From positions 22,948-86,947 of the forward strand of contig JAIORK010000036.1 of assembly GCA_021108215.1 (NCBI GenBank): a DNA stretch of 64,000 nucleotides, in the 5' to 3' direction. The position numbers and the translations under genes were made by a program. Of this stretch, positions 27,564-38,040 are shown one piece after another. The DNA comes from a bacterium. GTDB taxonomy: Bacteria > Oederibacteriota > JAAXVQ01 > JAUVAV01. Positions within the stretch are counted from its first letter, which is position 1. Each line of letters opens with the position of its first letter. The notes below the pieces were generated by a model. That model was not told the DNA's origin. It did not search any database and saw nothing but the letters and a program-made list of their open reading frames with translations.

Positions 27564-28433
27564 TCATCCCAGCAAAGCTAAAATTCTATCTAAATCTTCG
27601 AGCGAATAATACTCAATCTCAATTTTGCCTTTTTGACCACTCCGCGGCATCACCTTGACTTGGGTGCCTAATTTCCGTCTTAATTCTTCTTCCAACTGGC
27701 GCGTATGCGGGTCCTTGACATCACCACGTCCCACCCGTTTATGCTTCACCGCCTTTTCAGGGCGTATTCCCTGCGCAAGACGCTCCGCCTCGCGAACCGA
27801 GAGACTATCCCGAACAATTTTCTCAGCCAACCGTTCCAACATACTCTCGTCAGTTATTGTCAATAAAGCGCGGGCATGTCCTTCGCTGATGCGGCTTTTC
27901 TTAACCAGTTCCTGAACAGACTGGGGAAGTTTGAGCAGGCGCAGGGTGTTGGCAACTGAAGACCGGTCTTTACCGACCCGCTTGGCCATGTCTTCCTGAG
28001 TAAGACTGAATTTTGTCATCAACTGATGATAAGCCAGTGCCGCTTCAATGGCGTTCAGATTCGAACGCTGAATATTTTCTATCAGGGCAATTTCCAGGCA
28101 TTCGGTATCATCAACCTCGCGGACAATCACCGGAATTTGCGACAGCCCGGCCAGCTTGGCCGCGCGGAAGCGACGTTCTCCCGCCACCAGCTCAAACTTC
28201 CCATCCTGCCGGGGACGAACCATGACAGGCTGAACAATGCCCTTTTCCTTGATCGAAGCGGACAACTCATCGAGTTCCTTGGGATCAAATTCCAGCCGGG
28301 GTTGAAATGGATTGGGAAAAATATTCTCGATCGTGATCTCAGCCGGCATGGCATACGTAGAAGGCGCGTTTTCAATATTCCCTTGCATGGGAATCAGTGC
28401 TTCCAAACCTTTTCCGAGTGCTTGTCTACTCAT
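27564..28433 (-). CDS. parB: Chromosome partitioning protein ParB/Spo0J
   Basis: It has the ParB box (GERRFRAAKLAGL), the N-terminal KGLEALIP motif and an HTH. Confidence 0.9.
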   Translation of the reverse strand: MSRQALGKGLEALIPMQGNIENAPSTYAMPAEITIENIFPNPFQPRLEFDPKELDELSASIKEKGIVQPVMVRPRQDGKFELVAGERRFRAAKLAGLSQIPVIVREVDDTECLEIALIENIQRSNLNAIEAALAYHQLMTKFSLTQEDMAKRVGKDRSSVANTLRLLKLPQSVQELVKKSRISEGHARALLTITDESMLERLAEKIVRDSLSVREAERLAQGIRPEKAVKHKRVGRGDVKDPHTRQLEEELRRKLGTQVKVMPRSGQKGKIEIEYYSLEDLDRILALLG

Positions 28434-28572
28434 CGCGAAATGCCCCTTTACGCTAAATTTGATGATCCTGCTGTGAAAGTGCAGCCCGAAATCATATCCG
28501 AAAAACAGTCATCCATCAAGTAAATATCGCATGAAAAATCACATGCCCTGCCCGCCAGAAGAGGTTGTCTCC

Positions 28573-29403
28573 TTAACCCTGAAGACTGGTTTGTGTGGTG
28601 TTGGAATTGTCGGCACTGACCGCGACTGATTCCGTCGTCGGCTGATTGCGCGCGATGATCTCCTCCGCCAGTTGGATATAGGCAACCGATCCACTACACT
28701 TGCTGTCGTACTGCATGATCGGTTTACCAAAACTGGGTGCTTCGGAAAGTTTAACATTGCGCGGAATAATCGTGTCGTAGACTTTATTTTGAAAACGCTT
28801 TTTAATCTCCTGCATAACCTGGACCGTTAAATTAGTCCTTAAGTCACACATGGTCAGGACCACACCCTCGATCCGCAAATCCGGATTCAGCCCGTTTTTC
28901 ACCAAAATGATGGTACGCAACAACTGCCCCACACCATCCAGCGCGTAAAATTCCCCCTGAATGGGAATCAAAACGGTCTCGGCGGCAGTGAGTGTATTTA
29001 ATGTCAGCAATCCCAGGGAAGGCGGGCAATCGATAAAAATAAAATCAAATGAATCACGCAGCGGGGCAATCCCCTGGCGGAGTTTGGTTTCGCGGGCAAT
29101 CACATTGACCAGCTCAATTTCAGCACCGGACAGTTGAATATTGGCCGGTGCCAAATAAAAATTCTCCGTCTCGGTCTTGATAATAACATCAGCCATGGAT
29201 TGGTTTCCGATCAGAACATCATAAATACTTTTTTCCAGCTTTTCTTTGTCAAATCCCAATCCAACGGTCGAATTTCCCTGGGGATCAATATCAATTAACA
29301 AAACTTTCTTTCCCAAGGTTGCCAACCCGGCACATAAATTAATCGAGGTTGTGGTTTTACCCACACCGCCTTTTTGATTAACAATCGCAATAACTTTTCC
29401 CAT
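28573..29403 (-). CDS. parA: ParA/Soj family ATPase
   Basis: It has the deviant Walker A motif KGGVGKTT. Confidence 0.9.
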   Translation of the reverse strand: MGKVIAIVNQKGGVGKTTTSINLCAGLATLGKKVLLIDIDPQGNSTVGLGFDKEKLEKSIYDVLIGNQSMADVIIKTETENFYLAPANIQLSGAEIELVNVIARETKLRQGIAPLRDSFDFIFIDCPPSLGLLTLNTLTAAETVLIPIQGEFYALDGVGQLLRTIILVKNGLNPDLRIEGVVLTMCDLRTNLTVQVMQEIKKRFQNKVYDTIIPRNVKLSEAPSFGKPIMQYDSKCSGSVAYIQLAEEIIARNQPTTESVAVSADNSNTTQTSLQG

Positions 29404-29464
29404 TACAATCCTAATGTTCTAATTTTTTTAATATCAGCCTTCCGGATTCCCCGGCTGTAAAAGT

Positions 29465-29830
29465 TTAAAGCAGTTTGGCTATTTCCTCGCCCAATTGAAA
29501 CGGATCAAAGGGCTTGGTAAAATAACCGGCCGCGCCGACTTCCTTGCCCCGTTCAAAATCATCGTCATTGTTGCGCACGGTGAGAAAAACCACCGGAATA
29601 TCTTTTAAATCCTTGTTTTGTTTAATTCGGCGGCAGACTTCAAAACCATCCAGATCCGGCATCATCACATCCAATAAAATAAGATCAGGTCTGAATGTTT
29701 CCAAAATTTCCAATGCCTGATAACCCGAACCCGCTGGTGTGACTTCAAATGTCTTCATATCCAGGCTGCGATGAATCAGCATACTGATGTCTTCTTCATC
29801 TTCAACCACGAGAATGCGTTTAGCGGCCAT
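29465..29830 (-). CDS. Single-domain response regulator (CheY-like receiver)
   Basis: The sequence contains ILVVEDEED ... LILLDVMMPDLDG ... TKPF. The start was set at MAAKR, which has a GGAG RBS. Confidence 0.8.
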   Translation of the reverse strand: MAAKRILVVEDEEDISMLIHRSLDMKTFEVTPAGSGYQALEILETFRPDLILLDVMMPDLDGFEVCRRIKQNKDLKDIPVVFLTVRNNDDDFERGKEVGAAGYFTKPFDPFQLGEEIAKLL

Positions 29831-29946
29831 GTGCATGAACTCCTGAAATTATCGTGCAAACGTAAAGTATAGCATAATTTGAATTTTCGCAAGCAGCAAT
29901 TTTAATAAAAGCACCCCGGCTATAACATCGCAGCTTCATCACCGGA

Positions 29947-29989
29947 CCCGCACAACCCCCTGCCCATTCCGGGCAGGGGGTTGTGCGGG
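29947..29989. promoter_or_regulatory. 19-bp perfect inverted repeat in the divergent regulator/comM intergenic region
   Basis: The sequence is cccgcacaaccccctgccc-attcc-gggcagggggttgtgcggg. There is no flanking U-tract and no gene end nearby. Confidence 0.4.
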
Positions 29990-30072
29990 AATACTTCAAA
30001 AAATAATGATTTTTTTAGCATGATTTCACTTAAAAATGAGTCAAACCCTAAAAAAGCCAAAGGAGTCTTCCC

Positions 30073-31629
30073 ATGTATTCACAGGTCTATAGCAGCGCCC
30101 TCTGGGGCATCTCAGCCAAACCCGTCCGGGTGGAAATCGATGTCAGCCGCGGATTACCGGGATTTTGTATTGTCGGTCTCCCGGATACCGCAGTCAAGGA
30201 AAGCCGCGACCGCGTTGTCGCCGCCTTGAAAAATTCGCAGCTTGATTTACCGCCGCGCCGTATCACGGTCAACTTAGCCCCGGCGCATCTCCGTAAAGAA
30301 GGTCCGGCATACGATCTCCCGATTGCTTTGGCCTTGTTGGGTGCCTTGGGACAAATCCCGCTGCCGGCGCTGGAAGAACACCTCATCTTCGGTGAACTCT
30401 CCTTGGACGGCCGGGTCTGTCCGGTGCGCGGTGCGCTCTCGCTTATTTCCGCAACGCAGTCAGCCCGCTTGTCGAAGGTCATGCTTCCCCGGGGCAATGC
30501 CCCGGAAGCCGGTGTCCTTGAACATCTTACTATTTTCCCCATGGATACACTGCTGGATGCGGTTGACTATCTTTCCGGAAGAACCACCCCTACACCCTTC
30601 ACGGTCAATACCGCGCAACTTTTCCAGAACGCCAATCAGTACACCGTGGATTTTTCAGAAGTCCGCAGCCAGGCGCATGCCAAACGCGCTTTGGAGGTCG
30701 CAGCGTGCGGGGGACACAACGTACTGATGATCGGTCCCCCTGGCAGCGGCAAGACTATGCTCACCCAGCGCCTGCCTACCATCCTGCCGGAACTGACGCT
30801 TCCGGAGGCACTGGAAACCACCCGCATTTATAGTATTAGCGGTCTGCTCTCTCACGAGCATACCCTGATGACTTCACGCCCCTTTCGTTCCCCCCATCAT
30901 ACTGTCAGCGATGTCGCCTTAATCGGCGGCGGCACTTTCCCGCGACCGGGCGAGGTTTCATTGGCACACAATGGTGTTCTGTTCTTAGATGAGCTCTCGG
31001 AGTTCTCAAAAAATGCCCTGGAAGTACTCCGGCAGCCGCTGGAAAACCAGGAAGTCACCATCTCCCGTACTGCGGCGGCAATTACCTATCCTGCCCGCTT
31101 CATGTTGATCGCGGCCATGAATCCCTGTCCCTGCGGTTTTTTCACAGACCCGGCCAAAGAGTGTCTTTGCACACCGACACAGATTCAGCGCTATCTCGGA
31201 AAAATTTCCGGACCTCTGCTTGACCGTTTTGATATCCATCTTGAAGTCCCGGCAGTTAAATACCAAGAGCTTGCCGGTACACAGGATCCCGAACCTTCTC
31301 AGATAATTCGCGAACGGGTTGTACAGGGACGAAAAAACCAGAAACAACGTTTCCAGGAACTGCCCGGACTTTATTTGAATTCCCAACTCAGTCCCCGCCT
31401 GATGCGGCACTATTGCCGTCTGGGAAGCGAGAGCCATGCCCTGCTCAAAAACGCCATTGAGCACCTCAATCTCTCCGCCCGTGCCTATCACCGGGTCATC
31501 AAGGTGGCGCGTACCATTGCCGATCTGGAGGGGTCCGCCGATATTTTGCCGGAGTATGTGGGTGAGGCTATCCAGTACCGGACATTGGACAAACGCTATT
31601 GGGGGCAGATGCATACCGCAATGCGCTAA
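30073..31629 (+). CDS. comM: YifB/ComM family Mg-chelatase-like AAA+ ATPase
   Basis: It has an N-terminal Lon-like domain, Walker A (GPPGSGKTM), Walker B (VLFLDEL) and a C-terminal ChlI domain. Confidence 0.85.
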   Translation: MYSQVYSSALWGISAKPVRVEIDVSRGLPGFCIVGLPDTAVKESRDRVVAALKNSQLDLPPRRITVNLAPAHLRKEGPAYDLPIALALLGALGQIPLPALEEHLIFGELSLDGRVCPVRGALSLISATQSARLSKVMLPRGNAPEAGVLEHLTIFPMDTLLDAVDYLSGRTTPTPFTVNTAQLFQNANQYTVDFSEVRSQAHAKRALEVAACGGHNVLMIGPPGSGKTMLTQRLPTILPELTLPEALETTRIYSISGLLSHEHTLMTSRPFRSPHHTVSDVALIGGGTFPRPGEVSLAHNGVLFLDELSEFSKNALEVLRQPLENQEVTISRTAAAITYPARFMLIAAMNPCPCGFFTDPAKECLCTPTQIQRYLGKISGPLLDRFDIHLEVPAVKYQELAGTQDPEPSQIIRERVVQGRKNQKQRFQELPGLYLNSQLSPRLMRHYCRLGSESHALLKNAIEHLNLSARAYHRVIKVARTIADLEGSADILPEYVGEAIQYRTLDKRYWGQMHTAMR

Positions 31630-31704
31630 AAAAAGCATTTTATTGACACTCGCAGCACACTCCTCTATATTAAAAGGACTTTGTTCTTTGCCGGGAGGCT
31701 TTAC

Positions 31705-33984
31705 GTGAATGCTTTGACTGCCCAAACATCTTCGGATACCAAAATTATAAAAATCTGTGACCGCCTCAATGAAATCCTGATCGCTCTGGTGATTCTGCTT
31801 ATTCCAACTTTTTTCATTATTTTAACCCGTGACCAATTCGAACTGCCTAAACTGACTATTTTCCGCATCCTAACCTGCTTTATGCTGGGAACCTGGGGTG
31901 TCCGGATCGTGGCCGCCAGAAAGATCCATTTCCGCAAAACACCACTCGATATTCCCATCCTGGTCTGGGCTGCTCTGCAAATCGTCACCACCTTTATTTC
32001 CGTCTCCGGATATGTATCTTACCGCGGAGAGTACGAAAATTTCCGCGGTTTAATCACCGTCCTCAATTATGCTGTTTTATACTTTGTGGCTGTCAATTTT
32101 ATCCGGACCCGCGAACAAATCAACCGCATGCTTTTCATCATTTTGTTTACCGGCCTATTGGTGACCGCTTACGGAATTGCGCAATTTTTCGGTATGGATT
32201 TTATTGCCTGGAATCCGACTTCCGTCGCGCCGGGCCGCTACTTTGCCTCTCTGGGAAACCCCAATTTTCTGGCAGCCTACCTGGCCATGATCATGCCATT
32301 AATCGTCATTTTCTTTATTGAAAGCACTTCGCGTTTTCGCCGAATCCTGCTGTTTGTAAGCTTCATTGTTATGTTCACGGCCTTGATGGGGACATGGAGT
32401 CGCGGCGGTTTTTTAGGTCTGCTGGGTGCTTTAGATGTGATCATTCTTTTTGGCGTGGTACGAGCGTTCCGTGCCCTCCAGACGCAATCCGCCAACCGGC
32501 AAGCCAACATCGGTACGCTCATCAAAGAATGGATTGATGCGCACAAAATGCTGAGTATGACAATGGCTGCCGCCCTCATCCTTCTGATAAGTATTTCAGC
32601 CACTTTTGGCCGGGCGCATATGCTGCGCATGGCCGATACCGTTATCCATATCAAAGATGCCGTGACCGTCTCGCGGCTGCATATCTGGGGGCCGGCGCTG
32701 GGTATGATTAAGGAAAATCCAATTTTGGGAAGCGGGCTGGATACCTTCAAAACCGTCTTTCCACGCTATGCCACACCTAAATTTGCTGCGATCGATGGTG
32801 CCAATGTTTCTTCCCGTACAGCTCACAATGAAATTCTACAAGTACTTGCAACCCAGGGATTTGTTGGATTGCTTATCGTCACCTGGCTAACGGTGATGCT
32901 CCTGATCAATTGGTGGAAAGCCTATCAGCGAAGCCGGGAACGTTGGCAAGACCGCCTTGTTTTAGTCGGCATGGCAGCAAGCTGGACAGCCTATTCCATC
33001 CAAAATCTTTTCTCTTTCGGGGTGGTGGCCATTGATTCACTCTATTGGCTGATGATTGCCGTTATTATTCTGCTCGGTGAGTCACCAAAAAAGCAGACCG
33101 CACTGGCACCTTCTCAAATTCCGGAAGAAAATCCCAACACTTTTTTTTCGCGCTTGGCACCCTTGCGTGTTGTGGTCATTCTGGCCATGCTGGGACTGGC
33201 CGGTTTCGGCTCCTGGCAAGTTCTCAAAACCGCATTGGCTGACTATGCCTACAATCTGGGGACCATCTATCGCTTGCGCAGTATGTGGGACCATTGTATT
33301 GTCGCCTTCACCCGCGCACATACCCTTTCTCCCACGGAAGTCAAATATGCCGTCTATCAAGGCCTGGCCTATGAAGAGAAAGCCAAACATGTTGCGCCCG
33401 GGCAGCAACTCCCGCTCATTCTCAAGGCTCTGGAAGCCTATCACCGGGGCGCAAAGATGAACCCCACCAATGCCTACTACTTAGGCAATCTGGGGCGTGC
33501 TTATGCTTTTGCCTCCAACGTGGAACCGACGAATCAAACTTATTCCGATAACTCAATTCGATATTTAAACGAGGCGATTGTTTACGCCCCGGTCACAGTG
33601 CTGTTTTATCAAAACCTTGGGATGACATACTTTGGCCGGCGAAATTATGATGACTTTGTAAAAATTGTTGATAAGCTGGCGGTCTTTAATACGGTCGAAG
33701 CTTCCAAACTGGTTTTCTCTGCAGGTAACCAACTCTACAACATAAATGATTTGGGAGGATGCAAAACGTATTATGGAAAAGCGCTGGAAATCAATCCGGA
33801 CTATGTTGAGGCGCACTTTAATCTGGGGGTAACCCTGGCAAGAATGGGCAGCGAAAAAGAAGCCATCGCACACTGGCAACAGGCATTGGTATTAAAACCC
33901 TCTTTTAGCCCTGCCAAGCAAATGCTGGAGCGGTATCAATCCGATCCTCAAACCATGCCCGGCCGGGTCATCATGAATAAATAA
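31705..33984 (+). CDS. O-antigen ligase (Wzy_C) domain membrane protein with C-terminal TPR repeats
   Basis: It has about 12 TM helices and the Wzy_C hallmark (SRLHIWGPALGMIKENPILGSGLDTF ... AHNEILQVLATQGFVGL), followed by C-terminal TPR-like repeats. A GTG start was chosen after a GGGAGG RBS. Confidence 0.65.
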   Translation: MNALTAQTSSDTKIIKICDRLNEILIALVILLIPTFFIILTRDQFELPKLTIFRILTCFMLGTWGVRIVAARKIHFRKTPLDIPILVWAALQIVTTFISVSGYVSYRGEYENFRGLITVLNYAVLYFVAVNFIRTREQINRMLFIILFTGLLVTAYGIAQFFGMDFIAWNPTSVAPGRYFASLGNPNFLAAYLAMIMPLIVIFFIESTSRFRRILLFVSFIVMFTALMGTWSRGGFLGLLGALDVIILFGVVRAFRALQTQSANRQANIGTLIKEWIDAHKMLSMTMAAALILLISISATFGRAHMLRMADTVIHIKDAVTVSRLHIWGPALGMIKENPILGSGLDTFKTVFPRYATPKFAAIDGANVSSRTAHNEILQVLATQGFVGLLIVTWLTVMLLINWWKAYQRSRERWQDRLVLVGMAASWTAYSIQNLFSFGVVAIDSLYWLMIAVIILLGESPKKQTALAPSQIPEENPNTFFSRLAPLRVVVILAMLGLAGFGSWQVLKTALADYAYNLGTIYRLRSMWDHCIVAFTRAHTLSPTEVKYAVYQGLAYEEKAKHVAPGQQLPLILKALEAYHRGAKMNPTNAYYLGNLGRAYAFASNVEPTNQTYSDNSIRYLNEAIVYAPVTVLFYQNLGMTYFGRRNYDDFVKIVDKLAVFNTVEASKLVFSAGNQLYNINDLGGCKTYYGKALEINPDYVEAHFNLGVTLARMGSEKEAIAHWQQALVLKPSFSPAKQMLERYQSDPQTMPGRVIMNK

Positions 33985-34000
33985 TAAGGGGTTCGTCGCA

Positions 34001-34023
34001 GGGAACGGTTTGAAACCGTTCCC
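34001..34023. terminator. Shared hairpin between the convergent Wzy-TPR gene and dnaE
   Basis: The sequence is gggaacggttt-g-aaaccgttccc, with A/T-rich flanks on both sides. Confidence 0.55.
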
Positions 34024-34054
34024 TACAAAATTTACGATACGATGATTTTATTTT

Positions 34055-37000
34055 TTATTTCCCGCGATGAATTCCCTGAATTTTAATCCGGCTGCTATCG
34101 ATCAATCCTGTCAAGGCTTCCAGCAGCGACAATGTAACGGTCACTCCAAAACGTTCCGGCAAAGACTCGATAACCTCACCATGATGCGTGGTTTGCAAAT
34201 GGAGTACCACCGGCACCGGCCCGCTATGTTTCAATAAAATGGATTTCAAAGACTCCAATTGGTCGATCCCGGTGGTCACGGTAATGAGCAAACGGAGTTT
34301 TTTAGTAAGCTGAGAATACGCATGACTCAACGGCACAATATCCGTGGCCACTACCTTACTTTCATCCCCGCTGCGATCAAGCTTGCCCACCACAAACAGC
34401 ATCGCATCCTTGACTAAATAGGTTTTATGCCTCCCCAAAAGATCCGGCCAGACAATCACCTCTACCATCCCTTCACCATCATCCAATGAAAAACGGAGCA
34501 TCGCCTCCTTGCGCTTGGTCATGCTGTGCCGAATCCCGACCACCACACCACCCACCACCAGGGACTGCCCCTCGTTCAATCTGTCAACCTTCAACGTGGT
34601 GGTAGTACGAAATGTCTCCAGCAGTTTTTGAAACTCCTCCAGCGGATGACCGGAAAGATAAAATCCTAAAACCTCTTTTTCATTGGCAAGCCGTTCTTTT
34701 TCCGTCTCAGCCGGAATATTTTTAATCTCCATGGAAATCGTATCATCCAGATGCTCAAACATATTAACCTGTCCCTGGTCTTTTTCCACCTGCCACTTTT
34801 GCGCAGAAGACAACATCTGCGGCATGTTCTGCAAAAGTATGTTACGGGCCTGTTGTGTAAAATCAAAAGCACCGGCTTTGATAAGACTTTCAATCGCCCG
34901 TGCATTCACTGTCTTCACATCCACCCGGTTACAGAAATCCTCAAAAGAAGTAAAAGAATCATTGGCTTCCTGCTCTAAGTGGACCACCTGGGCCGCACCG
35001 GTCCCGACATTTTTTATTGCAGCCAATCCGAAGCGAATGGCATCTTTTTCCACGGCAAATCTGTCCCGGCTTGCATTGACATCCGGCGGCAGGATGGCAA
35101 TCTCCATGCTGCGGCATTCCATCAAGTATTGGGAAACCTTATCCGTGCTCCCCATTTCATTGGAAAGCAACGCAGACATATAGGCCAGAGGAAAATTTGC
35201 TTTTAAATAAGCGGTCTGATATGCCAGAAGCGCATAGGCAAGACTGTGTGATTTATTAAAACCATATTCTCCAAAACGCGCCATATAATCAAAAATTTCC
35301 TCCGCCACCTCCGGTGCGATTTTTTTTGCATGGGCGCCGCTTACAAACCGGTCCCGCTGCTGTTCAATGATTTCCGGATTTTTCTTCCCCATGGCGCGAC
35401 GGAGCAGATCGGATTGTCCGTAGGTAAAACCGCCGATTACCACCGCAATTTGCATCACCTGTTCCTGGTAAACAATGGTTCCATATGTTTCCTTGAGAAT
35501 GGGTTCCAATAGAGGATGGGTATACCGAATCGGCACCCGGCCTTGTTTGCGCATAATATACTCATCAATAATCGCCATGGGACCCGGCCGGTAGAGGGCA
35601 ATCAGCGCACAAATTTCTTCTAAAGAACGCGGTTTTAATCGTTTCAAAAGATCGCGCATCCCGGATGATTCAAGCTGGAAAACACCGGCAGTCCGCCCGG
35701 CACTGAGCAACTCAAAAGTTTTTTCATCTTCCAAAGGAATTTGTTTTATGTCTAATTTTTCATTTGTCTGCCAATACACTTCTTCGAGTGTATCTTCAAT
35801 AATTGTAAGCGTTCGCAACCCTAAAAAATCCATTTTCAACAACCCCAGACGTTCCAATGATTCCATGGCATACTGGGTTGTCAAGGTCGCGTCATCGGTT
35901 GTCCCGTCTTTTATGCTGCCGCGGCCGGCTTTGGTCCGGCAAAGCGGGACCAAGTCCATCAGCGGATCACGCGAAATCACAACGCCGGCCGCGTGGGTGG
36001 ACGCATGCCGCACCTGTCCCTCCAACGCACGTGCCACATCCAGTAATTTCCGGATAGGTTCATCGCCTTGGTATTTTTCACGCAACTCCGGTACCTGCTC
36101 CATGGCACGATCAATGGTTATATCCGGAACTTGCGGAATCAACTTGGCAATACGGTCAACCTTGTCATAGGGAAGGTTCAAAACACGTCCCACATCCCGC
36201 ACCGCAGCCCGGGCAGCCATGGTGCCAAACGTAATGATCTGAGCCACGTTTTCCTGGCCATATTTTTGAGTAACATATCGAATAACGTTTTCCCGTCCGG
36301 TATCGGAAAAATCAACATCAATGTCCGGCATGGAGATTCGCTCCGGATTTAAAAACCTTTCGAAAATAAGCCCATATTTCATGGGATCAATATCAGTGAT
36401 GCCGAGAAGATAGGCTGTCAAAGAGCCTGCTACAGATCCCCTGCCGGGACCTACCGGAATCCCCTGCGTACGTGCATAACTGATAAAATCCCAGACAATA
36501 AGGAAATAAGCGGCATATCCCATTTTCCGGATAACCCCCAGCTCATAGTCCAGTCGTTCATGAACCGCCGGTACAGGGTCCCCAAAACAACGCTGCAATC
36601 CTGCTTGACACAAATGCCCTAAATAAGCATCCAGCGTTCCTGTCTTCTCCTCCTCCGTTTCCTGCGGGAGTTGAGCAATAACGTCGGCCGGGACAGGATA
36701 GTTCGGAAGCTGTATCCTGCCTGTCGGCATTTCCAAATTGCAATGATTGGCAATTTCAGTTGTATGATGGGCCGCTTCAGGTATCTCGTGAAACAAGGAT
36801 TCCATCTCATCGCCGGATTTTAAATAAAATTCCTGAGTGGACATACGCATCCGGTTTTCATCCGTCAAATTTGTCCCGGTCTGCAAACAAAGCAATGCCT
36901 CCTGCGCCAGAGCATCCTCGCGCCGAAGATAGTGAACATCATTGGTTGCCACCAAAGGAATACCCACTTCGCGGGAAAGATCAATCAAACCGCGATTCAC

Positions 37001-37567
37001 CGCCCCTTGCACCGGAAGATTCTGATCCATGATTTCGAGATAAAAATTACCCTTCCCAAACAATTGCTGATAGTCTTCCGCCAATTGCCGGGCCAACGGC
37101 ATCTCGCCTTTTTGAAGACTCATTGGAATCTCACCATGCAGGCAGGCACTTAAACCGATCAGTCCCTCACTATGCTTGGCCAAAACTTCCTTGTCAATCC
37201 GCGGCCGGTAATAAAATCCCTGCAAAAACCCAATACTGGTTAATGCCACCAAATTTCGATACCCGGTAAAGTTTTTTGCCAGCAAGGTAAGATGGTAGGC
37301 TGCGTCTTTCATGCCATGATTGCTTTTTTTGTCCAGCCTGGAACCGCTGGCAATATAGGCTTCCATTCCGATGATGGGTTTAACACCATGCTTGAGGCAG
37401 GTATGATAAAACTCAATGGCACCATACATAACGCCGTGATCTGTCATGGCCAGAGCCGGCATGCGCAGCTCACGGGCACGTTTCACCAACGAATCAAGAC
37501 GGCAGGCACCGTCCAGCAGGGAATACTCGGTATGAACATGCAGGTGGACAAAATTTTTAAACGGCAT
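34055..37567 (-). CDS. dnaE: DNA polymerase III alpha subunit
   Basis: It has the PHP domain (HLHVHTEYSLLDG), the polymerase core and an OB domain, about 1170 aa in all. Confidence 0.95.
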   Translation of the reverse strand: MPFKNFVHLHVHTEYSLLDGACRLDSLVKRARELRMPALAMTDHGVMYGAIEFYHTCLKHGVKPIIGMEAYIASGSRLDKKSNHGMKDAAYHLTLLAKNFTGYRNLVALTSIGFLQGFYYRPRIDKEVLAKHSEGLIGLSACLHGEIPMSLQKGEMPLARQLAEDYQQLFGKGNFYLEIMDQNLPVQGAVNRGLIDLSREVGIPLVATNDVHYLRREDALAQEALLCLQTGTNLTDENRMRMSTQEFYLKSGDEMESLFHEIPEAAHHTTEIANHCNLEMPTGRIQLPNYPVPADVIAQLPQETEEEKTGTLDAYLGHLCQAGLQRCFGDPVPAVHERLDYELGVIRKMGYAAYFLIVWDFISYARTQGIPVGPGRGSVAGSLTAYLLGITDIDPMKYGLIFERFLNPERISMPDIDVDFSDTGRENVIRYVTQKYGQENVAQIITFGTMAARAAVRDVGRVLNLPYDKVDRIAKLIPQVPDITIDRAMEQVPELREKYQGDEPIRKLLDVARALEGQVRHASTHAAGVVISRDPLMDLVPLCRTKAGRGSIKDGTTDDATLTTQYAMESLERLGLLKMDFLGLRTLTIIEDTLEEVYWQTNEKLDIKQIPLEDEKTFELLSAGRTAGVFQLESSGMRDLLKRLKPRSLEEICALIALYRPGPMAIIDEYIMRKQGRVPIRYTHPLLEPILKETYGTIVYQEQVMQIAVVIGGFTYGQSDLLRRAMGKKNPEIIEQQRDRFVSGAHAKKIAPEVAEEIFDYMARFGEYGFNKSHSLAYALLAYQTAYLKANFPLAYMSALLSNEMGSTDKVSQYLMECRSMEIAILPPDVNASRDRFAVEKDAIRFGLAAIKNVGTGAAQVVHLEQEANDSFTSFEDFCNRVDVKTVNARAIESLIKAGAFDFTQQARNILLQNMPQMLSSAQKWQVEKDQGQVNMFEHLDDTISMEIKNIPAETEKERLANEKEVLGFYLSGHPLEEFQKLLETFRTTTTLKVDRLNEGQSLVVGGVVVGIRHSMTKRKEAMLRFSLDDGEGMVEVIVWPDLLGRHKTYLVKDAMLFVVGKLDRSGDESKVVATDIVPLSHAYSQLTKKLRLLITVTTGIDQLESLKSILLKHSGPVPVVLHLQTTHHGEVIESLPERFGVTVTLSLLEALTGLIDSSRIKIQGIHRGK

Positions 37568-37584
37568 CAGCATAACTCATTGAT

Positions 37585-38025
37585 TTATTTTCCCATCACC
37601 TGGATCACCACACACCGGTTCCGGCTGCGGGTATCATGATCAATCAAGACCACTTGCTGCCAGGTTCCCAACATCATTTCCCGGCCCAGTACCGGAATGG
37701 TAAGTGACGGCCCAATCAGGGCGGCCCGGATATGCGATCCACCGTTACCATCCCCCCAGGTCTGATTATGCTCCCAGTTTTTTTGAAATGGAATCAAAGA
37801 CTCCAATACCTGCGGAATATCTTTAAGCAGACCGGGTTCATATTCAATTGTTGTGATTGAGGCGGTCGCACCCGGAGTAAACACAGTGGCGTGACCTTCC
37901 GCAACACCGCTTTTCCGGACAAGATCACGTACCGCTTCGGTCACATCAATAATATGATCTTTGCCGCGGGTCGGTACTGTGATTTCCTTGGTCATCACTT
38001 TCCAGTCAGTATCCGTCTTGGGCAT
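37585..38025 (-). CDS. yjbQ: YjbQ family secondary thiamine-phosphate synthase-like protein (UPF0047)
   Basis: It matches the family pattern over its full length (GATASITTIEYEPG ... GHSHIRAALIG). A GATGA stop/start arrangement couples it to dnaE. Confidence 0.8.
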   Translation of the reverse strand: MPKTDTDWKVMTKEITVPTRGKDHIIDVTEAVRDLVRKSGVAEGHATVFTPGATASITTIEYEPGLLKDIPQVLESLIPFQKNWEHNQTWGDGNGGSHIRAALIGPSLTIPVLGREMMLGTWQQVVLIDHDTRSRNRCVVIQVMGK

Positions 38026-38040
38026 TTTAAAACCTCATCA

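Noticed and set aside
29947-29989. Interpreting the 19-bp palindrome as an intrinsic terminator
   Set aside because: There is no U-tract on either strand, and both flanking genes start here rather than end.
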